NCBI GenBank assembly: GCA_965250285.1
Contig: OZ252299.1
Coordinates: forward strand, 5,920,001 to 5,984,000
Origin: Myxococcota bacterium
Lineage (GTDB): Bacteria > Myxococcota_A > UBA9160 > UBA4427
DNA: 64,000 nt
Direction of reading: 5' to 3'
Shown here in pieces: positions 27,630 through 39,542 of the stretch (the stretch's first letter is position 1; the number at the start of each line of letters is the position of its first letter). The translations under genes and the position numbers were made by a program. The notes beneath the pieces are model-generated. The model made no database searches. It had not been told where the DNA came from and saw only the letters and a program-made list of their open reading frames with translations.

Positions 27630-29960
27630 GTGTTCAAGCCCGGCAGCAAGCTTCAGCATCCGTTCAATCCCGAACTCGGGGTCGGGGTCGTGCGCTCGGT
27701 CGACGGTCGATTCCTCGCCGTCTACTTCCCCGCCACGGGCGAGGAGCTCACGCTCTCGGCCCACGCCGGACTCGAGCGGCTCGTGGTGCAGCCCGGTGAG
27801 TCGCTGCGCCTCCTCGAGGACGACCGCATCGAGCGCGTCGCCGAGGTCGAAGACTACGTCTACGTGCTCGAGACCGGAGAGCGCGTGCACGAGGCCGAGA
27901 CCTGGCCGCTGGTCGCCGCCGACACACCGCTCGAGCGCCTCGCCAAGCTGCAGCTCGATTCGCTCGACGGGTTTCGCAATCGCATCGACGGGCTCGAGTT
28001 GATGCAGTTGCGCGAGGCGGGCGGGCTCGGGTCGTTTCTCGGGGGCCGCATCGAGCTGTTTCCGCATCAGCTGCACGTGGCACGCCAGGCAGTCGAGCGT
28101 GAGCCCGTGCGCTGGCTGCTCGCCGACGAGGTCGGTCTAGGGAAGACCGTCGAAGCGTGCCTCGTACTGTCGGCCCTGCTCCGCACGGGCCGCGCCCAGC
28201 GCGCGCTCGTCCTCGCGCCCCCGACGCTCACCGTGCAGTGGCTCGGCGAGCTCTACCGCAAGTTTCATCAGGTGTTCGTGCTGCTCGACGAGGAACGCAT
28301 CGAGGCGGTCGCGACCGACTTCGGCGAAGAGGTGAACCCCTTCGACGTGCATCCCTTTGCGGTCATGAGCGTCGAGGCGCTCGCCCGGGACGAGCGCCTG
28401 CGCCGCGCCGCGCTCGAAGCGGGGCTCGACGTCGTGGTGGTCGACGAAGCGCACGGCCTCGCGACCCACGAGCAGGACGCCACCGTGGGCAAGCTCGTGC
28501 GCGAGGCGCGTCACGCGCTGCTGCTGACGGCGACGCCGCTGCAGGCCGACCTCGAGGGCTTCCACCGACTGCTCGATCTGCTGCATCCCGAGCTCTTCGA
28601 CGACTTCACCGCGTTCGAGGCGGCGGTGCGCGGCGGCGAAGCCGTGCTGCCGTGCACGAGCGCCGTGCGCCGGGCGGACGTCGGGGGCCTGCCGCCGCGC
28701 GCGCCCGAGGCGGTCGACGTCGGCGCGCCCATTGACGATCTCGAGCGGCTCGCCGACGACCCGCGTACGCAGTGGCTGATGAAGCAGGCGCAGGCCTGGA
28801 AGAAGGCCGGCGAGAAGGCGCTCGTGTTCGTGCGCGAACGCGAGACGCTCGAGGCGCTCGCCGCGCTGCTCGAGTCAGCGACCCAGACACGCGTCACGCT
28901 CTTTCATGAAGATCTGTCGCCGGCCAAGCGCGACATCGAGGTCGCGGCCTTTCGCGAGTCGTCGGTGCCGCTGCTGCTGTGCACCGAGGCCGGCGGCGAA
29001 GGCCGCAACTTCCAGTTCTGCGATCGCATGGTGCACTTCGACCTGCCCGGCGATCCGACGCTGCTCGAGCAGCGCATCGGCCGACTCGATCGCATTGGGC
29101 GCGAGAAGGACGTCGAGATCGTGTACTTCCGCTTCGACGCGGGTGGGACGGGCGCGGCGATCGATCTGGCCCGCCTCTACGAGCGCCTCGAGCTGTTCGC
29201 GCGGCCGGCCTCGGGGCTCGATGCAGCGCTCGCGCCCGTGCGTCCGGCCATCGAGGCGGCGCAGGCGGCGGGTGAGCCGCTCGACGTCGATGCCGTCGTG
29301 GCGGCCGTCGAGGCCGAACGCAGCGGCAGCGCGCCCGATGTCGGCCGCGTCGTCTACAGCGATGCGTATCGCGCCGAGCTCGGTGATTCGATCCTCGCCG
29401 ACGTGCCGCCCGATCTCGAGACGCGCACGCAGCGCTACTGCCTCGGCGCGGCCGACGACCTCGGCTTCGACGTCGTCGACAAGGGCGGCATCGCGATGGC
29501 GTACATCGAGTTTGGAAGCGGCGCGAAGGTCGACAGCCTGCCCGGCGTCGCGGGGGGCGTGCGCTACCTCGGCAGCTTCGATCGCGAAGAGGCGGTGACC
29601 CGCGACGAGGTCGAGTTCTTCGCGAGCGGTCACCCGCTGGTCGAAGGTCTGCTGCTCGAGCTCGAGGACGGCCATCGCGGACGCGTCGCCCTCATGGAGC
29701 TCGAAGGCAGCGGCATCGACGGCGCGGGTCTCGTCGGCATCTTCAAGGACGGCGCCGACTGGTCGATCGAGGTCGTGGGCGCCGACGGCGAGATGCATCC
29801 CGAATGGGTCGAGCCCCTGCGCGCAGCGCTCCCTGAAGCGCGCGGCGTGAAGGTCGAGAAGTGGGGCATCGGCGCAGGCTGGGCCGAGGGCGTGCGCGCG
29901 CTGGGCGATCAGCTGCGAGGGCGCGGCGAGCTCGTCGCGGTGGCGTTCTTCCGCGCTTGA
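27630..29960 (+). CDS. rapA: SNF2-family helicase, RapA/HepA-like
   Basis: LFPHQLHVA, LLADEVGLGKT, DEAH, LLLTATP, GGEGRNFQFC and EQRIGRLDRIG; GTG start at 27630. Confidence 0.8.
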   Translation: MFKPGSKLQHPFNPELGVGVVRSVDGRFLAVYFPATGEELTLSAHAGLERLVVQPGESLRLLEDDRIERVAEVEDYVYVLETGERVHEAETWPLVAADTPLERLAKLQLDSLDGFRNRIDGLELMQLREAGGLGSFLGGRIELFPHQLHVARQAVEREPVRWLLADEVGLGKTVEACLVLSALLRTGRAQRALVLAPPTLTVQWLGELYRKFHQVFVLLDEERIEAVATDFGEEVNPFDVHPFAVMSVEALARDERLRRAALEAGLDVVVVDEAHGLATHEQDATVGKLVREARHALLLTATPLQADLEGFHRLLDLLHPELFDDFTAFEAAVRGGEAVLPCTSAVRRADVGGLPPRAPEAVDVGAPIDDLERLADDPRTQWLMKQAQAWKKAGEKALVFVRERETLEALAALLESATQTRVTLFHEDLSPAKRDIEVAAFRESSVPLLLCTEAGGEGRNFQFCDRMVHFDLPGDPTLLEQRIGRLDRIGREKDVEIVYFRFDAGGTGAAIDLARLYERLELFARPASGLDAALAPVRPAIEAAQAAGEPLDVDAVVAAVEAERSGSAPDVGRVVYSDAYRAELGDSILADVPPDLETRTQRYCLGAADDLGFDVVDKGGIAMAYIEFGSGAKVDSLPGVAGGVRYLGSFDREEAVTRDEVEFFASGHPLVEGLLLELEDGHRGRVALMELEGSGIDGAGLVGIFKDGADWSIEVVGADGEMHPEWVEPLRAALPEARGVKVEKWGIGAGWAEGVRALGDQLRGRGELVAVAFFRA

Positions 29961-29994
29961 TCTCGCGATCGGCGCGGGGTCGCCACTTCGTGCG

Positions 29995-30660
29995 CTAGGT
30001 GGCCGCACCCGGCGAGAGCAGTACGTCCATCAGCGCGCTCAGATCCGAGTAGAACGGCGAGTGGTCGCAGTCGAGGCGCACGACGCGTCCCGCGCTCTCG
30101 GCCATGCGGGCCTGGGTGGCCGCGGGGATGGCCGCGTCCTGCTCGCAGAGCACGTAGGTCGACGGGATGTCGACCCAGGGCGAACGATCGGGGGCAGCGG
30201 CGACGCACGCGAGCGCCGTCGGCCGCAATCGGTCGGCGGCGCGGTTTGCGTCGTCGGCGTCGCAGGTGTTGTAGAAGACGTCGAGGGCTGCTTCGACCGG
30301 GATCGAGAAGTGCTCGCTGTCGACCTGCATGGTCGCCACGACGCCGCCGGGATCCTCGTCGAACAGGTCGGTCGGTGCGATCCCGGGCTCGACCATGAGC
30401 GCAGCGACGTAGACGAGGTGATCGACGCGATCGGCGTGGGCGGCCTGGCTGATGACCAGGCCACCGTACGAGTGACCGGCGAGCACGGTGGGTTCGTCGC
30501 TGGCCTCGAGCAGGCGTGCGACATGGGTCGCATCGTCGTCGAGCGACGTGAGCGGCAGATCGGGCGCCGTCACGGTATGGCCGGCGGCCTCGAGCTCGGA
30601 CTGCACGCGCTCCCAACACCAGCCGCCGTGGGCGACACCGTGGACCAGGACATATCTCAA
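29995..30660 (-). CDS. Alpha/beta hydrolase, methylesterase (SABP2/MES)-like
   Basis: VLVHGVAHGGWCW, GHSYGG nucleophile elbow, D (EQDAAI) and H (DHSPF). TTG start with RBS GAGGAG overlaps the upstream stop (TTGA). Confidence 0.88.
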   Translation of the reverse strand: MRYVLVHGVAHGGWCWERVQSELEAAGHTVTAPDLPLTSLDDDATHVARLLEASDEPTVLAGHSYGGLVISQAAHADRVDHLVYVAALMVEPGIAPTDLFDEDPGGVVATMQVDSEHFSIPVEAALDVFYNTCDADDANRAADRLRPTALACVAAAPDRSPWVDIPSTYVLCEQDAAIPAATQARMAESAGRVVRLDCDHSPFYSDLSALMDVLLSPGAAT

Positions 30661-31475
30661 TGGGGCGGCTCCTCGCTCGGCGAAACTGCGTGCTCGATGT
30701 CTCGCTGAAGCACGCGGTAGGCGTTCAGGTCGTGGGTCTTGCCATCGTCGCGGTAGCGGTCGACTTCGACGAGGTCGAGGTCGGCGACCAGCGCGTCGAG
30801 CTCGGCCTCGTGCGTGAGGTGGCAGTAGCGCGGCGTCTCGGCGTCGCCGCCGAATCCGAGCAGATGGTCGCCGGGCTCGAAGTCATCGGGATCGAAGCCG
30901 AGCGCCCGCGCGCGTGCAGCGACCGCGTCACAGTCGATCGTCGTGCGGTCGAAGCGGGCATGATCGCCGAACTGCCATGCGGTCACGACGAGCGTGCCGC
31001 CATCGGCGACGCGCTCGGCCAGCGAAGTGAGCAGGCGCGCGCGCGTTTCATGGCCGGGCACGTGGTGCAGCACGCCGAAGAGCACGATCAGATCGAAGGG
31101 GCCCGGCGCGATCGTGGCCGCCGCTTCGTCGTTCTCGTCGATGAAGTCGACCTCGTCGAGCCGGGCAAAGAGGGTGCGGGGGGTCGACCCGAGCTGACTT
31201 CGCGCACGGTCGAGGAGCAGCTTGCTCGCGTCGATGCCGTGGTAGTCGATCGGGTCGGGTCGAGATCGAATCAAGAAGCGGGCGAAACGGGCGTTGCCGC
31301 AGCCGACGTCGAGGACGCGCAGGGGCGGGTCGGTGTTGCCGCGCGGCGCGATGTGCGAGATCGCGCGATCCCACCCCGGCCACGGATGATCGCGGGTCGC
31401 GTCGAATTCGGCGCCCCGGCGCTCGTAGAAGCGGCGATTGAGCGCATTGAGCGCCGCGCGGGTCTCGGGCTTCAT
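30657..31475 (-). CDS. Class I SAM methyltransferase with Trm9/ALKBH8-like signatures
   Basis: FYERRGAEFDATRDHPWPGW, VLDVGCGNAR, GIDAS..LL, FGVLHHVP....R, GGTLVVTAW and RYCH....EL. Confidence 0.8.
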   Translation of the reverse strand: MKPETRAALNALNRRFYERRGAEFDATRDHPWPGWDRAISHIAPRGNTDPPLRVLDVGCGNARFARFLIRSRPDPIDYHGIDASKLLLDRARSQLGSTPRTLFARLDEVDFIDENDEAAATIAPGPFDLIVLFGVLHHVPGHETRARLLTSLAERVADGGTLVVTAWQFGDHARFDRTTIDCDAVAARARALGFDPDDFEPGDHLLGFGGDAETPRYCHLTHEAELDALVADLDLVEVDRYRDDGKTHDLNAYRVLQRDIEHAVSPSEEPPH

Positions 31476-31543
31476 GGGTGTCCGACCTCGGATATCTTCC
31501 GCTCGCCCGACCGCGTGGGTCGGTGCCGATCTCGAGTGTCGCG

Positions 31544-33373
31544 ATGCTAGACGAGCCCCAGAGCGCGCGCAGGCCAGGCCGGCCGAGCGCCATCGATGTC
31601 GAGGAACACCGTTCGGCGTTGCGTGCGCTCGTCGACGGCATCATCGAGGCGGGGGGCGAGGCCCCCGGCGCACCGCTGCCGCCCGAGCGGATGGACGCGC
31701 TGCTGCGGGCGCACCCGAAGGGCGGTCGCGGTTTCTTCTCGCGCAGTGACCTGATCGCGGCGTTTCGGCGCTTCGATACCGAAGCGCCGATGTCGATCGC
31801 CGAGTCGCGCTTCGTCGAGCTCGTCCAGCGGCGCCCCGTGCGCACGCAGAGCGGCGTCACGCCGCTCACGGTGCTGACCCGTCCGCACCCCTGCCCGGGC
31901 AAGTGCATCTTCTGCCCGAACGACGTGCGCATGCCGAAGAGCTACTTGTCGGACGAGCCCGGCGCGCAGCGGGCGGCCGTCAACCGCTTCGATCCCTATC
32001 TGCAGACGTGGAACAGGCTGGCCGCGTATCGCGCGATCGGGCATCCGGTCGACAAGGTCGAGCTGATCGTGCTCGGTGGCACCTGGTCGTTCCATCCCGA
32101 GCCCTATCAGGTGTGGTTCGTGAAGCGGTGCTTCGACGCGATGAACGACTTCGGTGCCGGTGTCGATGAACGCGAGGCGGTGCAGTCGGCGATCGAAGAC
32201 TGGGACGCGCTGCCGGCCCGGGTCGATGCGCGCGATCACGAGAAGAACCCCTACAACCGGGTCGTGAGTGGGTTTCTCGGCGAGCGGCTCTCGGGAGGGC
32301 TGCTCGACGCGGGGGAGGACGCCGACTGGCCGGCACTCGAGGCGGCGCACCGACACAACGAGACGGCGGCGTGCCGCAGCGTGGGTCTCGTGCTCGAGAC
32401 GCGCCCCGATCACGTCGACGCCGCCGAGGTGCTGCGGCTTCGCCGGCTCGGTGCGACGAAGGTGCAGCTCGGCTTGCAGAGCCTCGACGATGCCGTGCTC
32501 GAAGCGAACCGGCGCGGTCACGACGTGGCGGCCAGCCGGTCGGCCATGGCGCGCCTGCGCGCCGCGGGCTTCAAGCTGCACGCGCACTGGATGGCGAACC
32601 TGAAGGGCGCGACACCCGAGCGCGACGTCGCCGACTTCGCCCGGCTCTTCGACGACGCTGCGTTCCGGCCCGACGAGCTCAAGCTCTACCCGTGCAGTCT
32701 GATCGAGAGCGCCGAGCTGATGCGCGACTACGAGGCGGGCACGTGGCGGCCGTACACGCACGACGAGCTGCTCGACGTCGTGGCGACCTCGCTCGCGCGG
32801 GTACCGCGCTGGTGTCGCGTGACCCGGGTGATCCGCGACATCTCGAGCGACGACATCGTGGTGGGCAACAAGCGCACGAACTTCAGGCAGATCGCCGAAG
32901 CCGAAGTCGAGCGACGCGGCGGGCGATGTGAGGACGTGCGCGCGCGTGAGATCGGCCGCGATGCGTTCGAGCCGAGTGAGGTGAAGCTGCAGGTGACCGA
33001 GTACGAGACGGCCGCGGGCCTCGAGTGCTTTCACGAGTTCGTGACGCCGGACGATCGGATCCTCGGCTTCCTGCGGCTCTCGTTGCCCGACGGGCGCGCC
33101 GAGGCGCCGGCCGAGATCGCCGGGGCGGCGGTGATCCGCGAGGTGCACGTGTACGGCGCTGCCGTCGGTCTGGGCGCAGATTCAGAGGGACGCGCGCAGC
33201 ACCGGGGCCTCGGCAGCCGGCTCATCGAAGCGGCGGCCGAGCGCGCGCGCGGGGCCGGCTTCGCGCAGCTCGCGGTCATCTCGGCGATCGGCACGCGGGG
33301 CTACTACCGCGCCCGCGGCTTCCGCGACGGGGCACTCTATCAGCACCGGGCGCTCCCGATCGGCGCGGGCTGA
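31544..33373 (+). CDS. elp3: Elp3-type tRNA uridine(34) carboxymethyltransferase (radical SAM + KAT)
   Basis: Radical-SAM half: RPVRTQSGV, PHPCPGKCIFCP, PKSY...EP, KVELIVLGGT, ETRPD, QLGLQS, PDELKLYP, RVIRDI. GNAT half: GFLRL, REVHVYG, QHRGLG, VISAIGTRGYY. Confidence 0.92.
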   Translation: MLDEPQSARRPGRPSAIDVEEHRSALRALVDGIIEAGGEAPGAPLPPERMDALLRAHPKGGRGFFSRSDLIAAFRRFDTEAPMSIAESRFVELVQRRPVRTQSGVTPLTVLTRPHPCPGKCIFCPNDVRMPKSYLSDEPGAQRAAVNRFDPYLQTWNRLAAYRAIGHPVDKVELIVLGGTWSFHPEPYQVWFVKRCFDAMNDFGAGVDEREAVQSAIEDWDALPARVDARDHEKNPYNRVVSGFLGERLSGGLLDAGEDADWPALEAAHRHNETAACRSVGLVLETRPDHVDAAEVLRLRRLGATKVQLGLQSLDDAVLEANRRGHDVAASRSAMARLRAAGFKLHAHWMANLKGATPERDVADFARLFDDAAFRPDELKLYPCSLIESAELMRDYEAGTWRPYTHDELLDVVATSLARVPRWCRVTRVIRDISSDDIVVGNKRTNFRQIAEAEVERRGGRCEDVRAREIGRDAFEPSEVKLQVTEYETAAGLECFHEFVTPDDRILGFLRLSLPDGRAEAPAEIAGAAVIREVHVYGAAVGLGADSEGRAQHRGLGSRLIEAAAERARGAGFAQLAVISAIGTRGYYRARGFRDGALYQHRALPIGAG

Positions 33374-33490
33374 GGTCGCGCCTTTCGGGGTTGCGTTCGC
33401 TCGTCACCCTGGGATCATCGAACGCCCCGCCAACCGCGATCCGTCGCACCCCCCACACGCCGGCGCTCTGACCGGCCCAGGAGACCCCCC

Positions 33491-34525
<1,035 letters not shown>

Positions 34526-34575
34526 GCCGCCATCACGCTCGGCACGGTCCGCCGAAGCACGAAGGGAGCCCCGCC

Positions 34576-35037
34576 ATGACCGCACCCGAAACCGACCCCG
34601 AGCTCGCCGAACTGGGCCTGCCCCCGATCGATCAGGTGGGCTTCGTCGTGAAGTCGGTCGACGCCGCTGCCGAGCGCTACGCGGCGATGTTCGGGCCGTT
34701 CACGCGTATGGATGGCTCGGTGCAGGGCGCCGACTACCGCGGCCGCGACTGCGACGTGCAGCTCGAGATCCTCTTCGGCAAGTCGGGCGACGTCGAGATC
34801 GAGTTCATCGAGTGGCGCGGCGGTGAGAGCCCGCACCGCGAGTTCATCGAGGCCGGGCGCGAGGGGATGCATCACCTTCGCTACCGCGTCGACGACACCG
34901 ACGCGTGGATCGAGAAGATGAAGACCGTCGGCTACGAGCCGATCTGGTACAAGCAGTTCAGCGAAGACATCGTCTTCGCCTATCTCGAGCGCCCGGGCGA
35001 TCCACTGCTGATCGAGTTCCTGCAGATGCCGGCCTGA
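34576..35037 (+). CDS. VOC family protein (methylmalonyl-CoA epimerase-like fold)
   Basis: IDQVGFVV, EIEFIE, SPHREF and EGMHHL. Confidence 0.85.
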   Translation: MTAPETDPELAELGLPPIDQVGFVVKSVDAAAERYAAMFGPFTRMDGSVQGADYRGRDCDVQLEILFGKSGDVEIEFIEWRGGESPHREFIEAGREGMHHLRYRVDDTDAWIEKMKTVGYEPIWYKQFSEDIVFAYLERPGDPLLIEFLQMPA

Positions 35038-35064
35038 ACCGACGCGGCAACCGCCGAAACAGGG

Positions 35065-35097
35065 AGGGGCCGACTCGTTCCGGACGAGTCGGCCCCT
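35065..35097. terminator. Probable bidirectional intrinsic terminator
   Basis: 14-bp perfect stem AGGGGCCGACTCGT-TCCGG-ACGAGTCGGCCCCT between the convergent VOC gene and clpB. Confidence 0.8.
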
Positions 35098-35122
35098 TCG
35101 TCGTTTCTGTGCTCACTCGAGG

Positions 35123-37717
35123 TCAGGTCTTCTTGAACTCGAGTGCGTCGCCGTTGGTGGCGACCGTGGCCTGGATCTTCGAGCCTTCCGGGAACCGGCC
35201 CTCGAGGATCAGGATCGCGAGCGGATCCTGCACCAGGCGCTGAATCACGCGCTTGAGCGGCCGTGCACCGTACTGCGGGTCGTACCCACGGTCGGCGATC
35301 AGCTGCTTCGCATCCTCCGACAGCTCGAGCGTGAGCCGCTTCTCTTCGAGCAGGCGTTCGAGCCGGGTCAGCTGCAGGTCGGCGATGTGGTGGATCTGAT
35401 CGCGCTTCAGCTGGTGGAAGATCATCACGTCGTCGACCCGGTTCAGGAACTCGGGCTTGAAGTGCGCGCGCAGCGCACCCATGACCTGCTCCTCCATCTC
35501 GGCGCTCTGACTCGCCTCGTCCATCTCGACGATGTGATGACTGCCGATGTTCGACGTCATGATCAGCACCGTGTTGCGGAAGTCGACGGTGCGACCCTGG
35601 CCATCGGTCAGGCGGCCGTCGTCGAGGATCTGCAGGAACACGTTGAACACGTCGGGGTGCGCCTTCTCGATCTCGTCGAAGAGCACGACCGAGTACGGTC
35701 GCCGACGCACGGCCTCGGTGAGATAGCCGCCCTCGTCGTACCCGACGTAGCCAGGAGGTGCGCCGATCATGCGCGAGACCGAGTGCTTCTCCATGAACTC
35801 ACTCATGTCGATGCGCACCATGGCCTGCTCGTCGTCGAAGAGGAACTCGGCGAGCGCGCGCGCGGTCTCGGTCTTGCCGACGCCGGTGGGGCCGAGGAAG
35901 ATGAAGCTGCCGATGGGGCGATCGGGATCCTGCAGGCCCGCTCGGGCGCGGCGCACGGCGTTCGACACGGCGACGAGCGCCTCGTCCTGGCCGACCACGC
36001 GGCGATGCAGCTGCTCCTCCATGTGGACGAGCTTCTCCTGCTCGCTCTCGAGCATCTTCGACACCGGGATCCCGGTCCACTTCGAGACGATCTCGGCGAT
36101 CTCGTCCGAGGTCACCTCCTCACTCAGCAGCGAGCCTTCGACCTGCTGGGCCTCGAGCGCCTGCTGCTTCTCTTCGATCGTCTTCTCGAGCGCGACGAGC
36201 TCGCCGTAGCGGATCTCGGCCGCGCGCTCGAGGTCACCCTGACGCGTGACCCGCTCGAGCTCGGCTTCGAGGTGCTCCTTGCGCTCCTTCGCGTCGCGCA
36301 CGTCGGCGATGAAGCTCTTCTCGTTTTGCCAGCGGGCCATCATCGCGTCGCTCTGAGAGCGAAGCTCGGCGATCTCGAGCTCGACCGTCTCGGCGCGATG
36401 CTTGCTCGCGTCGTCGGTCTCCTTCTTGAGCGCCTCTCGCTCGATCTCGAGCTGCATGCGCTTGCGCTCGATCGCGTCGAGCTCTTCGGGCATCGAGTCG
36501 ATCTGCACGCGCACCCGGCTCGCGGCCTCGTCGACGAGGTCGATCGCCTTATCGGGCAAGAATCGGTCGGTGATGTAGCGGTCACTCAGCTTCGCGGCCG
36601 CGACGAGCGCACCGTCGGCGATGCGCACGCCGTGGTGCACCTCGTAGCGCTCCTTCAGGCCACGCAGGATCGACACCGTGTCTTCGACCGACGGCTCACC
36701 GACGAACACGGGCTGGAAGCGCCGCTCGAGCGCCGAATCCTTCTCGACATGCTTGCGGTACTCGTCGAGCGTCGTCGCGCCGACACAGTGAAGCTCACCG
36801 CGCGCGAGCGCGGGCTTCAGCATGTTCGCCGCGTCGGCCGCGCCCTCGGCGGCGCCGGCGCCGACGATCGTGTGCAGCTCGTCGATGAAGAGGATGATCT
36901 GGCCCTCGGCCTCGGTCACCTCGCGGAGCACCGCCTTCAAGCGGTCTTCGAACTCGCCGCGGTACTTCGCACCCGCGATCAGCGCGCCGATGTCGAGCGC
37001 GATGAGGTCGCGGTCCTTGAGCGATTCGGGGACGTCGCCGGCGACGATGCGCTGGGCGAGGCCCTCGGCGATGGCGGTCTTGCCCACACCGGGCTCGCCG
37101 ATGAGGACGGGGTTGTTCTTGCTGCGGCGCGAGAGCACCTGCACGACGCGGCGAATCTCTTCGTCACGCCCGACCACGGGGTCGAGCTTGCCGCTGCGCG
37201 CGACGGCCGTGAGATCGCGGCCGTACTTCTCGAGCGCCTGGTACTTGCTCTCGGGATCCTGGTCGGTCACGCGTGCACCTCCTCTGACCTGGGCGAGCGC
37301 TTCGAGCACGGTGTCGGGGTCGGCGCCCTGCTCGCGGAGCATCTTGCCCGTCGCATCCTGCTCGTCGCTCGCCATGGCGAGCAGCAGGTGCTCGGTCGAT
37401 ACGTATTCGTCGCGCATCTGCTCGGCCGACTGCACGGCCGCGTTCAGGATGCGCGAACAGTTCTGGGAGAGGCCTGCCTGGCCGTTGCCGCCGCTCACGC
37501 GGGGCAGCTTCTCGATCAGTCCCGCGGCGCGTTCGCGCAGCGCGTCGACCGGCACACCCGCCTTCTGCAGCACGGGGATCGTGCTGCCTTCGGGCTGCGC
37601 CAGCAGCGCCGCAAGCAGGTGGACGGGCTCGATGAGCGAGTGGCCGCGCGCCTGGGCATCGCCCTGGGCGGCCTGCAGAGCCTCCTGACTCTTGAGTGTG
37701 AGCTTGTTGAAGTCCAT
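35123..37717 (-). CDS. clpB: ATP-dependent chaperone ClpB
   Basis: Two AAA+ domains ([16 protein letters not shown]), a middle coiled-coil domain, GAKYRGEFE and GARPLKR. Confidence 0.98.
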   Translation of the reverse strand: MDFNKLTLKSQEALQAAQGDAQARGHSLIEPVHLLAALLAQPEGSTIPVLQKAGVPVDALRERAAGLIEKLPRVSGGNGQAGLSQNCSRILNAAVQSAEQMRDEYVSTEHLLLAMASDEQDATGKMLREQGADPDTVLEALAQVRGGARVTDQDPESKYQALEKYGRDLTAVARSGKLDPVVGRDEEIRRVVQVLSRRSKNNPVLIGEPGVGKTAIAEGLAQRIVAGDVPESLKDRDLIALDIGALIAGAKYRGEFEDRLKAVLREVTEAEGQIILFIDELHTIVGAGAAEGAADAANMLKPALARGELHCVGATTLDEYRKHVEKDSALERRFQPVFVGEPSVEDTVSILRGLKERYEVHHGVRIADGALVAAAKLSDRYITDRFLPDKAIDLVDEAASRVRVQIDSMPEELDAIERKRMQLEIEREALKKETDDASKHRAETVELEIAELRSQSDAMMARWQNEKSFIADVRDAKERKEHLEAELERVTRQGDLERAAEIRYGELVALEKTIEEKQQALEAQQVEGSLLSEEVTSDEIAEIVSKWTGIPVSKMLESEQEKLVHMEEQLHRRVVGQDEALVAVSNAVRRARAGLQDPDRPIGSFIFLGPTGVGKTETARALAEFLFDDEQAMVRIDMSEFMEKHSVSRMIGAPPGYVGYDEGGYLTEAVRRRPYSVVLFDEIEKAHPDVFNVFLQILDDGRLTDGQGRTVDFRNTVLIMTSNIGSHHIVEMDEASQSAEMEEQVMGALRAHFKPEFLNRVDDVMIFHQLKRDQIHHIADLQLTRLERLLEEKRLTLELSEDAKQLIADRGYDPQYGARPLKRVIQRLVQDPLAILILEGRFPEGSKIQATVATNGDALEFKKT

Positions 37718-37921
37718 GCCGGGAACGCTGTTCACGATCTGGACGGATGCAACCCGTCAGGTCGAAACAAGTCGGTCCAGCCGCTGAGACTCGATCTGGA
37801 GCCACCCCTCGAGCCGCTCGATCGCGGCCCAGGGGGGGCGGTGTTGCTGCGTACGAACCGCGTCCGCGCGCGGCAACCACACGCTTCTGCAACCGGCGCG
37901 CGGCGCGGTGGCGCGTCGCGG

Positions 37922-39409
<1,488 letters not shown>

Positions 39410-39542
39410 GCCTCGTTGCTCCGTTTCATCGAGAGGCACGTCGGCCCCTCGTCGATGTGGTCCTGCCATGCTTTGGCCCTGCGCCGCCTGTCGATCTTCG
39501 CATCCGGGTCCGACGCAACCCCGGCGGTTGCCGGCGTCGCCT

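Noticed and set aside
27630..29960. SNF2 helicase as part of a defence system (DISARM/Zorya-like)
   Set aside because: The motifs match RapA-type proteins and there are no neighbouring DNA methylase, nuclease or other defence genes.
37718..37921. CIRCE or sigma32 promoter upstream of clpB
   Set aside because: No TTAGCACTC-N9-GAGTGCTAA, and only a weak, unconvincing sigma32-like match.
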